Assembly: GCF_006345805.1 (NCBI RefSeq)
Contig: NC_042997.1
Location: forward strand, 212,970,001-213,034,000
Direction: 5' to 3'
Length of the DNA: 64,000 bases
Source of the DNA: Octopus sinensis
Lineage: Eukaryota
The translations under genes and the position numbers were made by a program. Positions 24,453-37,187 of this stretch are shown in pieces. Under the pieces are notes generated by a model. It was not told the origin of the DNA and searched no databases. It worked only from the letters and a program-made list of their open reading frames with translations. Within the stretch, counting starts at the first letter, position 1, and each line of letters starts with the position of its first letter.

Positions 24453-25519
24453 TACTAAAATATCTCAGTTTTTATCCAGAGATGTGTGACAAGCAAACTG
24501 ATGGGAACATTAATCCTTGACAAACTATACTCTTGACTTTTTTTTTTTTCTATTTAAAACGTTCTCACTGTTAGGAAACTCATGAAAGTCACAGCTTCTC
24601 ATTTTCTCTTCCAATAAATGGTATTCTTCATGCCTCCGTAAGGAATCATTAGATTAGAAAATCTTTCAAAGCATTCCTCCCATAAAGCTAATGGCTTGTC
24701 ACTAATATGTAAATGATATGACAAAATATCTATAAAAAGAAACTGTAGGATTCTTTTATACATCTCTCACTTCACAAAAATAGCTTAGAAAAAAAAAACA
24801 CAGGTACAAAAACAACACAAACCAAAAAAGAAAAATGAAAATTTCCACCATCAACTTGCTTATGGGAAAATAAACAGCTTATGGGAAAATAAACAGCTAA
24901 AACTAACACCACTTCAGTTTCGCTACTTGTGAGTGATTGATTATCGTGCTTTGTCATTGAATGTTTTTTTTATATCTGAGTTTTGTGGAGCAATTAGAGA
25001 TAGAAGCTTGGATAATATTCAAGACAGCCATATTCCATTAGGGATTTGGTGTTGGGTGGATGGGAGTCACTCGAAGATCAAAGTGTGAATAACATTTGAA
25101 AAGAGAAAACGAAAAGCAAAACTAGAAAGTATCATTTTGCTGAGTGTGGTTTAATGTAAGATAACACATGAAAACCCTGTTTCATTTCTTGGAGCTCGTG
25201 TCAAAGACTGGGTTAAAGATCACTAAACATCATTTATTATTATTTTTTTAAATCTTTTATGATGCTCATATACTTTCCCTGTTATGAATTAGATTAGGTA
25301 CCCATTCTCCTGGAAGTTTCCTTTACCTGTTCAATGAGGTTTGTTAGAGATTAAGTTGATGGCTCATAAAAGAATATATGTGAAGATATACTGGACACAC
25401 ATTAGTAAAATATTATAAGGAATAAAGACGAAGCAGCAGGAGGGAATGGAACCTGTGTCTTCTAATTGACACAATGTGAAATGGATGAGGTTCAGGACAG
25501 AATATGAAAATGACTTTAA

Positions 25520-25740
25520 CCCTTTAGCATTTAATCCGGCCATATCCGGTTGAAATGTTCTATTTGTTTTATGTTCAAATTGGCCAGATCCAGCCTCTCA
25601 CACAGACCCTATAATGTCATTCTTACAAATAAACAATTGCATCATCGAAATCTTGAAGCTACATGAAAATGCATGTTTAATTCAAAACAATATAAGTTAA
25701 TAAGCATTACAATTGACAGAATAATCTGAATGCTAAAGGG
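25520..25740. mobile_element. piggyBac-type MITE
   Basis: TTAA|ccctttagcatt ... aatgctaaaggg|TTAA. Confidence 0.92.
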
Positions 25741-26059
25741 TTAATCAAGTGAAAAATTAAGTTTTAAATATACATTGAAAGATGGGTAACTATACAAGAT
25801 GTCAGTCGATGTCCAACACACCATGCTGACTTGTCCATCACTCTCTCTAGTTCCATGTGTGCTTTATTAAAAGAGACTATTCTATTGCAAGCATTCAGAG
25901 TAGGTTCCCTGCTGGTAGGATTATCATGACTCCACAGGACACTAACACACTATACACCTCCCTAGATGTCATCATTATTATTATTATTATTATTATTGTT
26001 ACTGTTACTGTTATTATTATTTTTTAGTATTATTAACCTGCTCAACAATTCACTGTCCT

Positions 26060-28520
26060 TCTCTCTTGCACACACGAACCTCAATCCAACCTAAACCTTC
26101 ACATCACTTACACGTAAATTCCCACTTCTTACTTCACACACCCAAAGTCACAAATTTTTCAACCTTCACCTGTTGTCCACTTTTACTTACACTCTGTACT
26201 AAAAACTCATTCTTAAAATGGTGTCAGCACTCCTGCAAGACATCTTTTTATGTCAGTCAGTAACAAACACTCCCAATTACCTTTGCTGAAAGCCTCCTTC
26301 CTCCCTTTCTAAATACATCTCTTTCCTCAACCCTTCTAGAAACGCTTCCAACCACCAACAATTCTTTGCCTATATCCTTTTAATGATAGCTACTCTCATA
26401 TTCTCACATCAAAGACATACATCTCAATCCCTCCCCCTCTGAATTCACTGTTCTTAGTGACTGCAGTACTTGCAACCTCTAATATAGCCCTCACACACAT
26501 TCTATGCCGATGCATCTGATACAAAAACCAAATATTTTGCAGTCCTGCTTCAATTAGTTTTATCATCCACAAGCATCTCTACCATTACTCTGGCAATCCA
26601 AAACATCTTCTCATCTCTTTATCGTCTCAAAACTGAGCCTCTTACCAGATCATCGCTGGTTCTGCCTCTATCAAGTCCTCTGACCACTGTGATGCATTCC
26701 ATACTTCACATTTAGATGTGCATCTTTTTAAGCAAGTACCTCTATATCCTACACACAGCTAAACTTCTGAAATCCAAAATTCACTCATAGTACCACTGCA
26801 GCAGTTCAGACAAAGAATGTAGTTTACAATGACTAGGGAAAAAATCATTCCCTGTTACAAACTGGGAAGTTCTTACCCAGTTTGTAACAGTTCCTGCAAG
26901 ACTAACATCAGAGTTCAAAGGATGTCTCCATGCCTTGCACAGCGAAATCCATTCTTATAAATTGTTTTTTTTAGTCCTTTTTGAAATAAAATCTTTGAGG
27001 AATCCCACTTTCCTTTACTTCTCTGCAGTTCTTTTCGGAGAAAGGCTCCACATTTTCTGCCCATGCACACCTGAGTTAATTTCTGCCAAAACTATCCCTT
27101 TCCACTCTGCCAGGCTCACTACCACGCTCAGATATACGGGAGTACAAAGCACTGATGCTGACAGTGTCCTCAATAAGTTCTAGACGTATCCCCATCAAAC
27201 TATCCAATCTTCTGTCTCTCTCTCTCTCTCTCTTCTCTCTTTCTCTCTCTATCCTGTTCTTTACTCTTAATGACTACCAGTATGGCTTCTGTAACGACAG
27301 ATCTACAAGAGACCTTTTCTGCTATTCACCCAACAGGAAGCTCACTCCCTCTAGAAATCTGAAGCATTATTGCTGCAAAACTTTCCACCGGGTCTGGACC
27401 ACGAATCTTCTAAAACTGCCCAATTCTGGGCTCCATCTATCCCTCATGCTCTCTCTCTCTCTCTCTCTCTCTCAAACCCACATACCACCAAATATAGTGT
27501 ATCGTACATTCTTCCTCTTATACATAAATGACTTTATCCTCAAGCACAAACGATACGCAATTAAACCTTTCTAAACTGCCTCGAATGTTTGACCTTCCAC
27601 TGCTGGTCATTTCTCCTGGCGTTCGTACATCTTTGACAAAGCAAACGATGCATCATAAAGATTGATCTTCCTTTCCAGAGTCCGAAGCTACTTCAACCCC
27701 AATCGTCTGCTGATCTACTACAATAGACTCCTGCTCCTATATCTGGAATATTGACGCTGCTATACATACATCTTAGACATCCAGAGGAAGGCCTGTCGAC
27801 TGATTGCCATGAAGTCTCTCTCTAACACACTCCAACACCCCAGGCCCACATATAAACTATCTCTTATCTATAATTATTACACACATGTGAGTGAGAACAC
27901 TTTGAGATATTTTTGGTATCTAACATATGTCAGATACTGCGAGCGCTGCTTCTGATTGGTCAATCCATGGTGATGACTCGAGGTCACGGTGACAGCGCTG
28001 CTTTTGATTGGTCAATTCATGGTGATGACCCGAGGTCACGGTGACGGCACTACTTTTGTCATTCATAAGTTACAACTAAACGTGAAGAATTTAGTTATTG
28101 GGTTAATAAAATATGGTCCTTTATTCGTGTGTAATAAATAAAATACCAAACTCATTCCCTATGGATACCGTATTTATTACAACTCGTGGCTTGTAAACGT
28201 ATCTAACTCGCTTTCGCTCGTTAGATACGTTTACAAGCCACTCGTTGTAATAAATACGGTATCCATAGGGAACTCGTTTGGTATTCTCTCTCTCTTCTAC
28301 CGCTGCTTCACTGGTTGATGTTCTTCGTAGATGGTTGAACTTCTGACCCATATTGTGTTCCCAATCCCTTTACATTCCTCACGAACCATTGTGCCAAGTT
28401 CTTTATGCTCACAACGCCAGTCTTCTGGAACTCACTCCAACAACCGTCAACTTGCAACTGTGAAAGAAGAATGTTGATCTCACCGGTGTCGGAGCGCCCG
28501 CAAAGACCATGGACTCACTT
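26060..28520 (+). mobile_element. Old CR1/Jockey-group LINE (APE + RT remnants), interrupted at ~27880-28290
   Basis: APE-like SSDHC; RT motifs LNDYQYGF...RST.DL, KTFHRVW..NLL.KL, LD.IQRKA.RLI; after the insertion SLFYR...CS and FWNSL. Confidence 0.7.
27880..28290 (-). mobile_element. Crypton-like non-autonomous element with long subterminal hairpin
   Basis: 66-bp-arm inverted repeat 28142-28285 with tcgctttcgctc loop and ctc(g) internal mismatches; ~53-bp tandem duplication carrying gattggtcaa. Superfamily assigned from recalled architecture only. Confidence 0.5.
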
Positions 28521-29613
28521 CCTTCACAAAGATCAACCACACACACACACACACACACACAAACAAACAAACAAATACACACACACATATATAAACGTAG
28601 ATGCTGCTGACTTTCTCAGGAAAGCTGGTAATATAAACTGCTTAATGTTCCAAGACGCCGCCAAGTCAAAGGCTCAATTTACACCTGACAGCTTTAATGT
28701 TTCGTATTTATGTCCACACTTCACAAAAAGTTATTTTTGAGTCAGTATTAGCGAAGCAAACTTACTTATATAAATCACATCAACACAGACTTTCCTTTAA
28801 CTCCAGACGTTTTTATGTAATGCTTTATCGTCTGATGCACACCAAGCAATACACTAAAAGATAGCAATTCAAAATTGCAATTCCAGTCTGAAACTACTAA
28901 GTCTTGCATCAAAACAATTTCAGTTGAATAATCGGGAGACAGGGCAGAAGTTCAAAACGAAGATTACTGCCCACTTTTTATGTCATGCGGCAATTCTTCT
29001 TTCTATCGTCTTTCAACAGGATCCACTTTCTTCATTACAACTAAAAAGCAGTGTAAGATATTGTAGAATATAGACGTTGGCGAAAACATTTGTCTCAGTA
29101 ACACTTTACTCATTGTGAATGAAAGTGTGCCAACATTATTAAATATATCCATAAATTCACTGATTCAAATAACTTGGGAGAAAACTTCAGAGTTTTGTCT
29201 TCGTTTTTTTGCTTTTGTAATTTTTTTTTGTAGAAAAATAAGTCATGAAAGGGAAGAATCATCTAAAAATAAAATGGCTTATTTTAGATTGTAAATCTTG
29301 ATAAAAAAGAAAAGCTTAGGTGATTTGCTTCAGTGATTTCTTTGAATACAGATCTCTATGATGGAATCATTGATTTATTTTTATATCTAACATCATTTTT
29401 ACTTAAAGAATAATCGATTTTATTGCTTCACTTACTACTACAGCACATCCCATGCAAATTACATGTAGATCTTTTATTTCCAGGTAAAATAGCAAAAACA
29501 GTGATAAGAAGCAAATGAAAATGTGAAAATCAAACAAAAATATATCAACGGAAGATACAGACAAATGGTTAGGAACACAACGTGATAGCCCTTTTCCCCA
29601 CGTGCGTATATAC

Positions 29614-29683
<70 letters not shown>

Positions 29684-29832
29684 TACACACACACATTGAT
29701 GTATGTGTGTGTATGGTATGCATAAATGTGTGTGTGTCTATACACACACACACACAAACTATACTAACCATTATACTGAGTTTCATGTACCTAATTTTTG
29801 TCTGGTACACTCACACACATAATATTACTATC

Positions 29833-30072
<240 letters not shown>

Positions 30073-30073
<1 letters not shown>

Positions 30074-30670
30074 GAAAATGGAGTAGATCCAGAGTGCCGA
30101 TACTGTAACGATGAAATTGAAACAGTGGACCACCTAATCTCTGGGTAATAAGGTTTTAGCACCAGTAAAGTCTAAATCAAGACATGACAAAGTTGGCCAA
30201 TATCTACACTGGATAATGTGTTGGCATTATAAAATCAAAACTGCTGACAAATGGTACAAGCACCACCCTGAGGCTGTTAGAGAGGGAGAAAATGTAGCGA
30301 TTCTTTGAGATTTTCCAGTACATACAGACCGGACCACCAAAGCTAATAAACCAGAAATTGTTGTGAAAGACCAAAACAATAAAGTCTATTGATTGATTGA
30401 CGTGAGCATAGTTTGTGATCCTAATATTTCAGCAAAAGAATTTGATAAGCTCAGGAAATATAAAGATTTGCTCATTGAAGTCGAAAAGAAGTGGCATCTC
30501 AAGACGGTTACAATACCAGTGATTGCGGGAGAAGTTGAAATGATCAAAAAGGGAAATGAAAATGATTTAAGAATGATCTCTTGCTTACCATCCATGCAGG
30601 AAGTGCAAAAGATTGTCTTAACTGGTAACTGGTCACACGTATGGAGAAGAGCATTATCACTGTGAATTTT
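30073..30670 (+). mobile_element. 5'-truncated R4/Dong-like retrotransposon (CCHC + REL)
   Basis: ENGVDPECRYCNDEIETVDHLISG...RHDKVGQYLHW...DFPVHTDRTTKANKP.IVV...LIDVSIVCD...KEFDKLRKY; starts immediately after the (AAT)n tract. Confidence 0.88.
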
Positions 30671-30820
30671 CTTTCCATTTTTTCCCTTTATTTTCTTTGT
30701 TTTCTTTTTTCATTTTTTTCTTTTTTTCCCCCTTTGTTCCTCTATCTTTGTTCGCTTTTCTTTCTATCACATGATTTTCTAAATAAACAATCTGGTGTTT
30801 TTCTTCTAATGACCTACCAA

Positions 30821-31605
30821 TCTCTATATTATAAATCTGAAATGCGAAAAGTTTGTTTGTTTGTCTGGTTTTGGCATTGAGAACGGGTTAAAAGCCACTA
30901 GATCCCGTCGGATTGACTCCAAAATTTACAGGGACATGTAAAATGAGGTGAGGATGCGAGTGGGCTAGGTTAGAAATCCCTATCTTAAAAGGTGTCGTTG
31001 CTAGGGTCAAAAACGCACTTTGACAAGTCTACTCTCATTCTTTTATGTATCTGTCTTCCTCCGTCACTCATTCTCTTTCCTCCCTTCCCATCACTTTCTA
31101 TATATAACGTCGTTTCACAGCGTCTAACTCCCCTTCACTTTCTCTTTATAACGTCGTTTCACAACGTTCTGTACCTCCCCTTCCCCACTTTCGACAGCGC
31201 TTTCACACACTCTCTCTCACTACGTCTGTCTGCATTCATAAACAGAATTATCATCGCCACCACCACCACCACACAATCATGAGAACAAATATTATGAATC
31301 AGATATTTATTGGGTTAATTTATATGTGTGTGTGTGTGTGTGTGTTCTATATATAAATATGTATATATAATGTATATATACAAAGTGTATAGATCTGTAT
31401 TTATGTATATTAAACTTTTTAATACTTTTTGATAGTTATATTTTTTTTTTAAATTATAAATATAAATTAATAATTTTAAATTTAAATAATTTAAATTTTT
31501 AAATTTTATATTTTATATATTTTGTATATTATATTTTTATTTTTATGTTTTGGTTTATGTTTTTCACTGTTTGATTTGCCTAATAGTGGTTTTATCTCTA
31601 ATTCA

Positions 31606-31646
<41 letters not shown>

Positions 31647-31686
31647 ATATATATATAATTTGTATACATTTGTATATATAATGCGT

Positions 31687-31723
<37 letters not shown>

Positions 31724-32841
31724 ATGTGTGCATTATGTGGTCGGTTGTGCTGAAAATATGCACACCTATGTTAAAAGTGCTGGCGAGTTTGCAGGGCAAC
31801 TATTTTTTTCCTCAAATGAAAGGTGTGACGTCTAGGACAAAATTCCTCATCTTATAAAATGTGACCCGAGTAGACCCGAATGAAATCGGGTTATATTAAC
31901 CAAAGTGTGAAAAGAGGTCTAAATGGGGCTTGAAGGGGATTAAAATTTACAGGAGCGGGTGTTTAGGAACTCTCTGTTACATCAAGCTAAAAAATTTGCG
32001 CTAGCCTTTAAATCGTCAATGTGTTGCCGTCCATGATGAAGAAGTTTTGAATGCTTGCCATGGTGAGTCTACTGTCGTGAGAAAGAATCACTTCAAAGCT
32101 TGGTGTTTAGGAATTTTCTTTTACATCAAGTTCAAAATTTTACGCCAGCCGTTAAACTGCCACTATGTTACTGTCTGTCGTTAAGAAATGCCAGCCATGG
32201 TGACTCTACTATCCTCAGATTCTATCCTTTCAAACTTTGGTTTCCAATATTTTTTTTTTTTTATTCAGCTCGCAAGTTCGTCTGTCCCTTTTAAATGTTA
32301 GTGTTTTGCTTTCTGCCTTGAAGCAGACCTTTCCGTTGTCACTGCCTGATATTTATGATTGATCTTTCAAACTACTTTCTTTCTCAACTTACTCAAGATC
32401 TTTTGTTGTTTATAAATGGGAGAGAGATAGATAGAGAGTAAGAGAAGGCGAGGGAGTGTCCGAGAGAAAGGAAGAGTAAGAGAGTGGGAAAGGGAGAGAG
32501 AGAAAGGAGAGAGAAACAAAGAGGGAGAATCATCATCATCATCATCATCGTTTAACGTCCGTTTTCCGTGCTAGCACGGGTTGGACAGTTTGACCGGGGC
32601 CTGCACCAGGCTCCAGTCTGATCTGGCAGTGTTTCTACAGCTGGATGCCCTTCCTAACGCCAACCACTCCATGAGTATAGTGGGTGCCTTTTTCGTGCCA
32701 CCGGTACAGGTGCCACGGGGGGGGGGGAGAGGGCGCTGGCAGCGGCCACGATCGGTTGGTACTTTTTACGTGCCGAAAGGATGCAACAGAAAATAACAAC
32801 CACACTCTTACCCGCGTGTAGAGCGGGTCACCTTAAGCTAG
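30821..32841 (+). mobile_element. Non-autonomous Helitron (~2 kb) with nested repeats
   Basis: 5' TC-tatattataaatctgaaatg; 3' hairpin cccgc-gtgtaga-gcggg then CTAG|T. Contains an RTE 3' UTR copy (32531-32780) and microsatellites. Confidence 0.8.
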
Positions 32842-33070
32842 TCAATATTTATAAATCTGAAATGAGAAAGTTTGTTTGTCTGGTTTTGATATTGGAACGG
32901 GTTAAAGGGCACTAGATCCCGTCGGATTGACTCCAAAATTTACAGGGACATGTAAAATGAGGTGAGGATGCGAGTGGGCTAGGTTAGAAATCCCTATCTT
33001 AAAAGGTGTGGTTACAAGGGCAAAAATGCACACTTTGACAAGTCTTCTCACATTCTCTTATCTGCCTGTC
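32842..33070 (+). mobile_element. Second Helitron 5' end in direct tandem
   Basis: Near-identical to 30821-31050 and abuts the CTAG of the first copy. Confidence 0.85.
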
Positions 33071-33678
33071 TTCCTCCCTTCCCATAAATTTCTCTCAATA
33101 ATTCTCTCTTTAATTATTTAATTATTAATTTAATTTAATTTATTTAATTATTTATTTAATTTAATTTATTTAATCATATCCTCTTTTACTTGTTTCAGTC
33201 ATTTGACTGCGTCCATGCTGGAGCACCGCCTTTTAGTCGAGCAAATCGACCCCGGGACTTATTCTTTTTGTAAGCCCAGTACTTATTCTATCGGTCTCTT
33301 TTTGCCTAACCGCTAAGTGACGAACCGCTAATTATTTATTTTATTTTATTTATTTAATTATTTAATTATTTATTGAAATTAATTTATTTAATTATTTATT
33401 TAATTATCTATAATTATTTAGTTGATGATATGTATTTAATTATTAGATTATAAATGTACGTTATTTGTAAGATATTACTTATCCAATTAGATATATAGAT
33501 CGTAAAATAGTTTTACGGTTCTTTTAAGATAGGTTATACGTTTTTAAATTGATTTTTAATCTTTAATTTTTTAAATGTAGTTCATAAATATATTATATTG
33601 ATATTTATAATATTTATGTAAGAAATAATGGACTAGTTAATATTTTTATTTTTCCTTATATATCTATATATATCTATA

Positions 33679-34092
33679 GGCGCAGGAGTGGCTGTGTGGT
33701 AAGTAGCTTGCTAACCAACCACATGGTTCTGGGTTCAGTCCCACTGCGTGGCATCTTGGGCAAGTGTCTTCTGCTATAGCCCCGGGCCGACCAATGCCTT
33801 GTGAGTGGATTTGGTAGACGGAAACTGAAAGAAGCCTGTCGTATATATGTATATGTATATATATGTGTGTGTGTGTGTTTGTGTGTCTGTGTTTGTCCCC
33901 CTAGCATTGCTTGACAACCGATGCTGGTGTGTTCACGTCCCCGTCACTTAGCGGTTCGGCAAAAAACCGATAGAATAAGCACTGGGCTTACAAAGAATAA
34001 GTCCCGGGGTCGATTTGCTCGACTAAAGGCGGTGCTCCAGCATGGCCGCAGTCAAAATGACTGAAACAAGTAAAAGAGTAAAAGAGAAAGAG
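33679..34092 (+). mobile_element. Full-length tRNA-head CORE-type SINE (family B)
   Basis: ggcgcaggagtggctgtgtggtaag...ggttcagtccc...cttgggcaagtg...ctccagcatggccgcagtcaaaatgactgaaacaagtaaaagag. Confidence 0.88.
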
Positions 34093-34649
34093 TATATATT
34101 TATTGATAGAGTAAATTTTAAATTTTAATTACTGTATTTGTTGATTATAATTTAGATACTTATTTTTAAATATTTTATACTTATTAGATGTGAACTTAAA
34201 TCTAAATATATGAATAGAGATTATTTTGTTAAATAATTTGGTAATTAAATATTGGATTATAACTGAGTTAAGGATATTCGAGAGTTTATTATGTTTTTTA
34301 AAGCCATATTATATCTTCATAGTTAAATACATATTTCTATCTATTCTTTTTACCTTTAAAATAAATATTTAACATAATAAATGGGTTGTATGATATAATC
34401 CTAATGTTTTAAGTTTCTAATTTAGATATGGGAGTTTTTTTTATTAAAAAAATTATTATTTTATTTATTTCTTAAAAAATATTGTTTAGAATAAGCACTA
34501 GGCTTACAAAGAATAAGTCCCCGGGTCGATTTGTTCGACTAAAGGCGATGTTCCAGCATGGCCGCAGTCAAATGACTGAAACAAGTAAAAGAGTAAAGAG
34601 TATAACCAAGTACATCAAAAAGAAAAAAGGTCTATCCAGTTTCTTTCGA

Positions 34650-35940
34650 ACATTCAAAGCGTAAATTATGAAGCTGTAGAATGAGGGGCGAAAGTACTTA
34701 AAGAAGATATAGAGACACCACATCTAGCGAACAGGCAGAAGCAAAAAGTTTGATGTGCAAACATCAGTCCGTCATGAACGGCATCGAAGTTGTTTTGTCC
34801 CTTTATATCCTAACAATAAACTACAAAAATCGCAAACAGAAGCTTTGCATCCCCACAAGATACATATTGATTACAACCATAGACTATGTACAGTACAAAA
34901 GAAAAACACTAAAAATAAAATGAAATCCCACCTGGACATACGATAAGCAGGGTTTGTTCCCACAGGAAACTTGTACAGTCACTGCAACAACACATCCACA
35001 ACAGCTCAGAACGCGACTGTCAGAGAAACAACAGCTCTCACCTTGTCCAGTTTTTGTGACCACCACCAAAATTTACATTCATAAATAGACTGGGAAGTGG
35101 AGACAGTGTAACATGCCCACATTGTAATACTGCATCGCATACAATTCATCACTGCATAGCTAAGGTGGTTGTCAGCTAAACGAAGACATCCTATAGGTCG
35201 AACAACAAATGTGTAAGTCGCACCAAATCGTTGGCTGACAACTTGCGCACCGTAAATCTGCATACAATATATATTTCTTTACTACCCACAAGGGGCTAAA
35301 CACAGAAGGACAGACAGACGGATTAAGTCGATTACATTGGCCCCAGTGCAAAACTGGTACTTAATTTATCGATCCCGAAAGGATGATAGGTAAAGTCGAC
35401 CTCTGCGGAATTTGAACTCAGAGCGTAGCGGCAGACGAAATACCTATTGCTTTACTACCCACAAGGGGCTAAACACAAAGGGGACAAACAAGGACAAACG
35501 GATTAAGTCGATTACATTGACCCCAGTGCGTAACTGGTACTTAATTTATCGACCCCAAAAGGATGAAAGGCAAAGTCGACCTCGGCAGAATTTGAACTCA
35601 GAACGTAACGGCAGACGAAATACCTATTTCTTTACTACCCACAAGGGGCTAAACACAGAGGGGACAAACAAGGACAGACATAGGTATTAAGTCGATTACA
35701 TCGACCCCAGTGCGTAACTGGTACTTAATTTATCGACCCCGAAAGGATGAAAGGCAAAGTCGATCTCGGCAGAATTTGAACTCAGAACGTAACGGCAGAC
35801 GAAATACCGCTAAGCATTTTGCCCAGCGTGCTAACGATTCTGCCAGCTCACCGCCTTAAATCTGCATACAATACGGTCAACCAAGTTGAGAATATTGAGG
35901 GTGAAGATTGGAGAAGGGGGTGTCAACCGCTACGACGAGG
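34650..35940 (+). mobile_element. Decayed non-LTR retrotransposon C-terminus (zinc knuckle), split by a SINE multimer
   Basis: FINRLGSGDSVTCPHCNTASHTIHHC resembles the LINE C-terminal CCHC; the sequence resumes after the SINE TSD. Confidence 0.5.
35270..35856 (-). mobile_element. SINE family A multimer: one head + three ~170-185-bp body units
   Basis: Single 17-bp TSD taaatctgcatacaata at 35253-35269 and 35857-35873 brackets all three units. Confidence 0.9.
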
Positions 35941-36355
35941 AGGAAGAGGTAAGGGTGGAATGGAAATAGAGAGATGAGTGAGGAGTGAATAGGAACTGGA
36001 GTTCACAAATAAAAGAGCGAGTTATTATTTCTTGATAGGTGTGTTGCTCAAAGTTGATTATATTTTCCAACATCTACGGGAATGGTGAATGAACACGTTA
36101 TAAGATGGCGCTGTGATGCAAGACAAAGAGAAGAAAAGAAGCTACTACGGTGCTTGTTGAAGTATTAATATCTTTCTGCAGACATCTGAAGACTGTCTTT
36201 GAAAGACTTAAGAAAACCATTTAATCTTTGACTCTAAAATCATGTTGAAAAGTCTTTAAATTAACTATTTAATCTTTTTAACGTTTAGTAATGTTTTTAA
36301 TGGATATGAATCATCATCATCACCAGTAGTAGTAGTAGTAGTGGTGGTGGTGGTG

Positions 36356-36386
<31 letters not shown>

Positions 36387-37187
36387 CAGTAGTAGTAGTA
36401 GTAGTGGTAGCAGCAGCAGTAGTAGTAGTAGTAGCAGCAGTAGTAGTAGTAGCTGTAGCAGCAGCAGCAGTAGTAGTAGTAGTAGTTGTTGTTGTTCCAG
36501 ATTTAAGTAAAATATTTTTGTTTGATCAAAAGTTTATAGCAACAATTCAGCGCTTTTTGTAATGTTTTTGTTTCTTGTTGTTCAGTTGGTGTTCAGGTCT
36601 TTTTTATTGAAATTACAAAACGTATTACAATATTTACTAATTTCCACCCAAAACGACATATTTTACTCAGTAGTCGACGTCTGGCCTTTCTTTGGTGCAA
36701 TGCTACAAATCAGAAATTCAGCCTAGATTTTAACGAGGGTTTGTGAAATAATTTATTTCTATCGGCTGGTCCCTTTTCTCGGGGAATCAACCTGATTTTT
36801 CATTGATTTTGTACCACTTTTTACAGAAAAGAATTCCTCTTCGCCGCCTTGGCTGCTTCTGTCTTTGTCCTAAATAAATATGGAAGCAGAGGTTTGAAGT
36901 TCATTTCTATCCTTGTTCTTCTTAGTTTATAAGTAAATTCGATTCATCGGATCTGGTGTACCTGTATCTGGTGATACAGTGACGACACCATATTCTTCAG
37001 TATCACTGTTTTTGTCGTAATCGTCATTGACTTTCATATCGTCATCATTTTAATTGTTTTTATCATCGTCGTCGTCATTACCACGACAATAGTGAAAATC
37101 CTTATCATTATAGCCAGTAACCATGGCAACAGCCCTACTCCGGGCTTGATTTCTGTGTTTTTAAAGAAAAAGGAATGAACATCACAA

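Noticed and set aside
36790-36870. Minus-strand exon DKDRSSQGGEEEFFSVKSGTKSMKNQ
   Set aside because: Good acceptor but only weak donors, and all three frames are briefly open, so no frame can be chosen.
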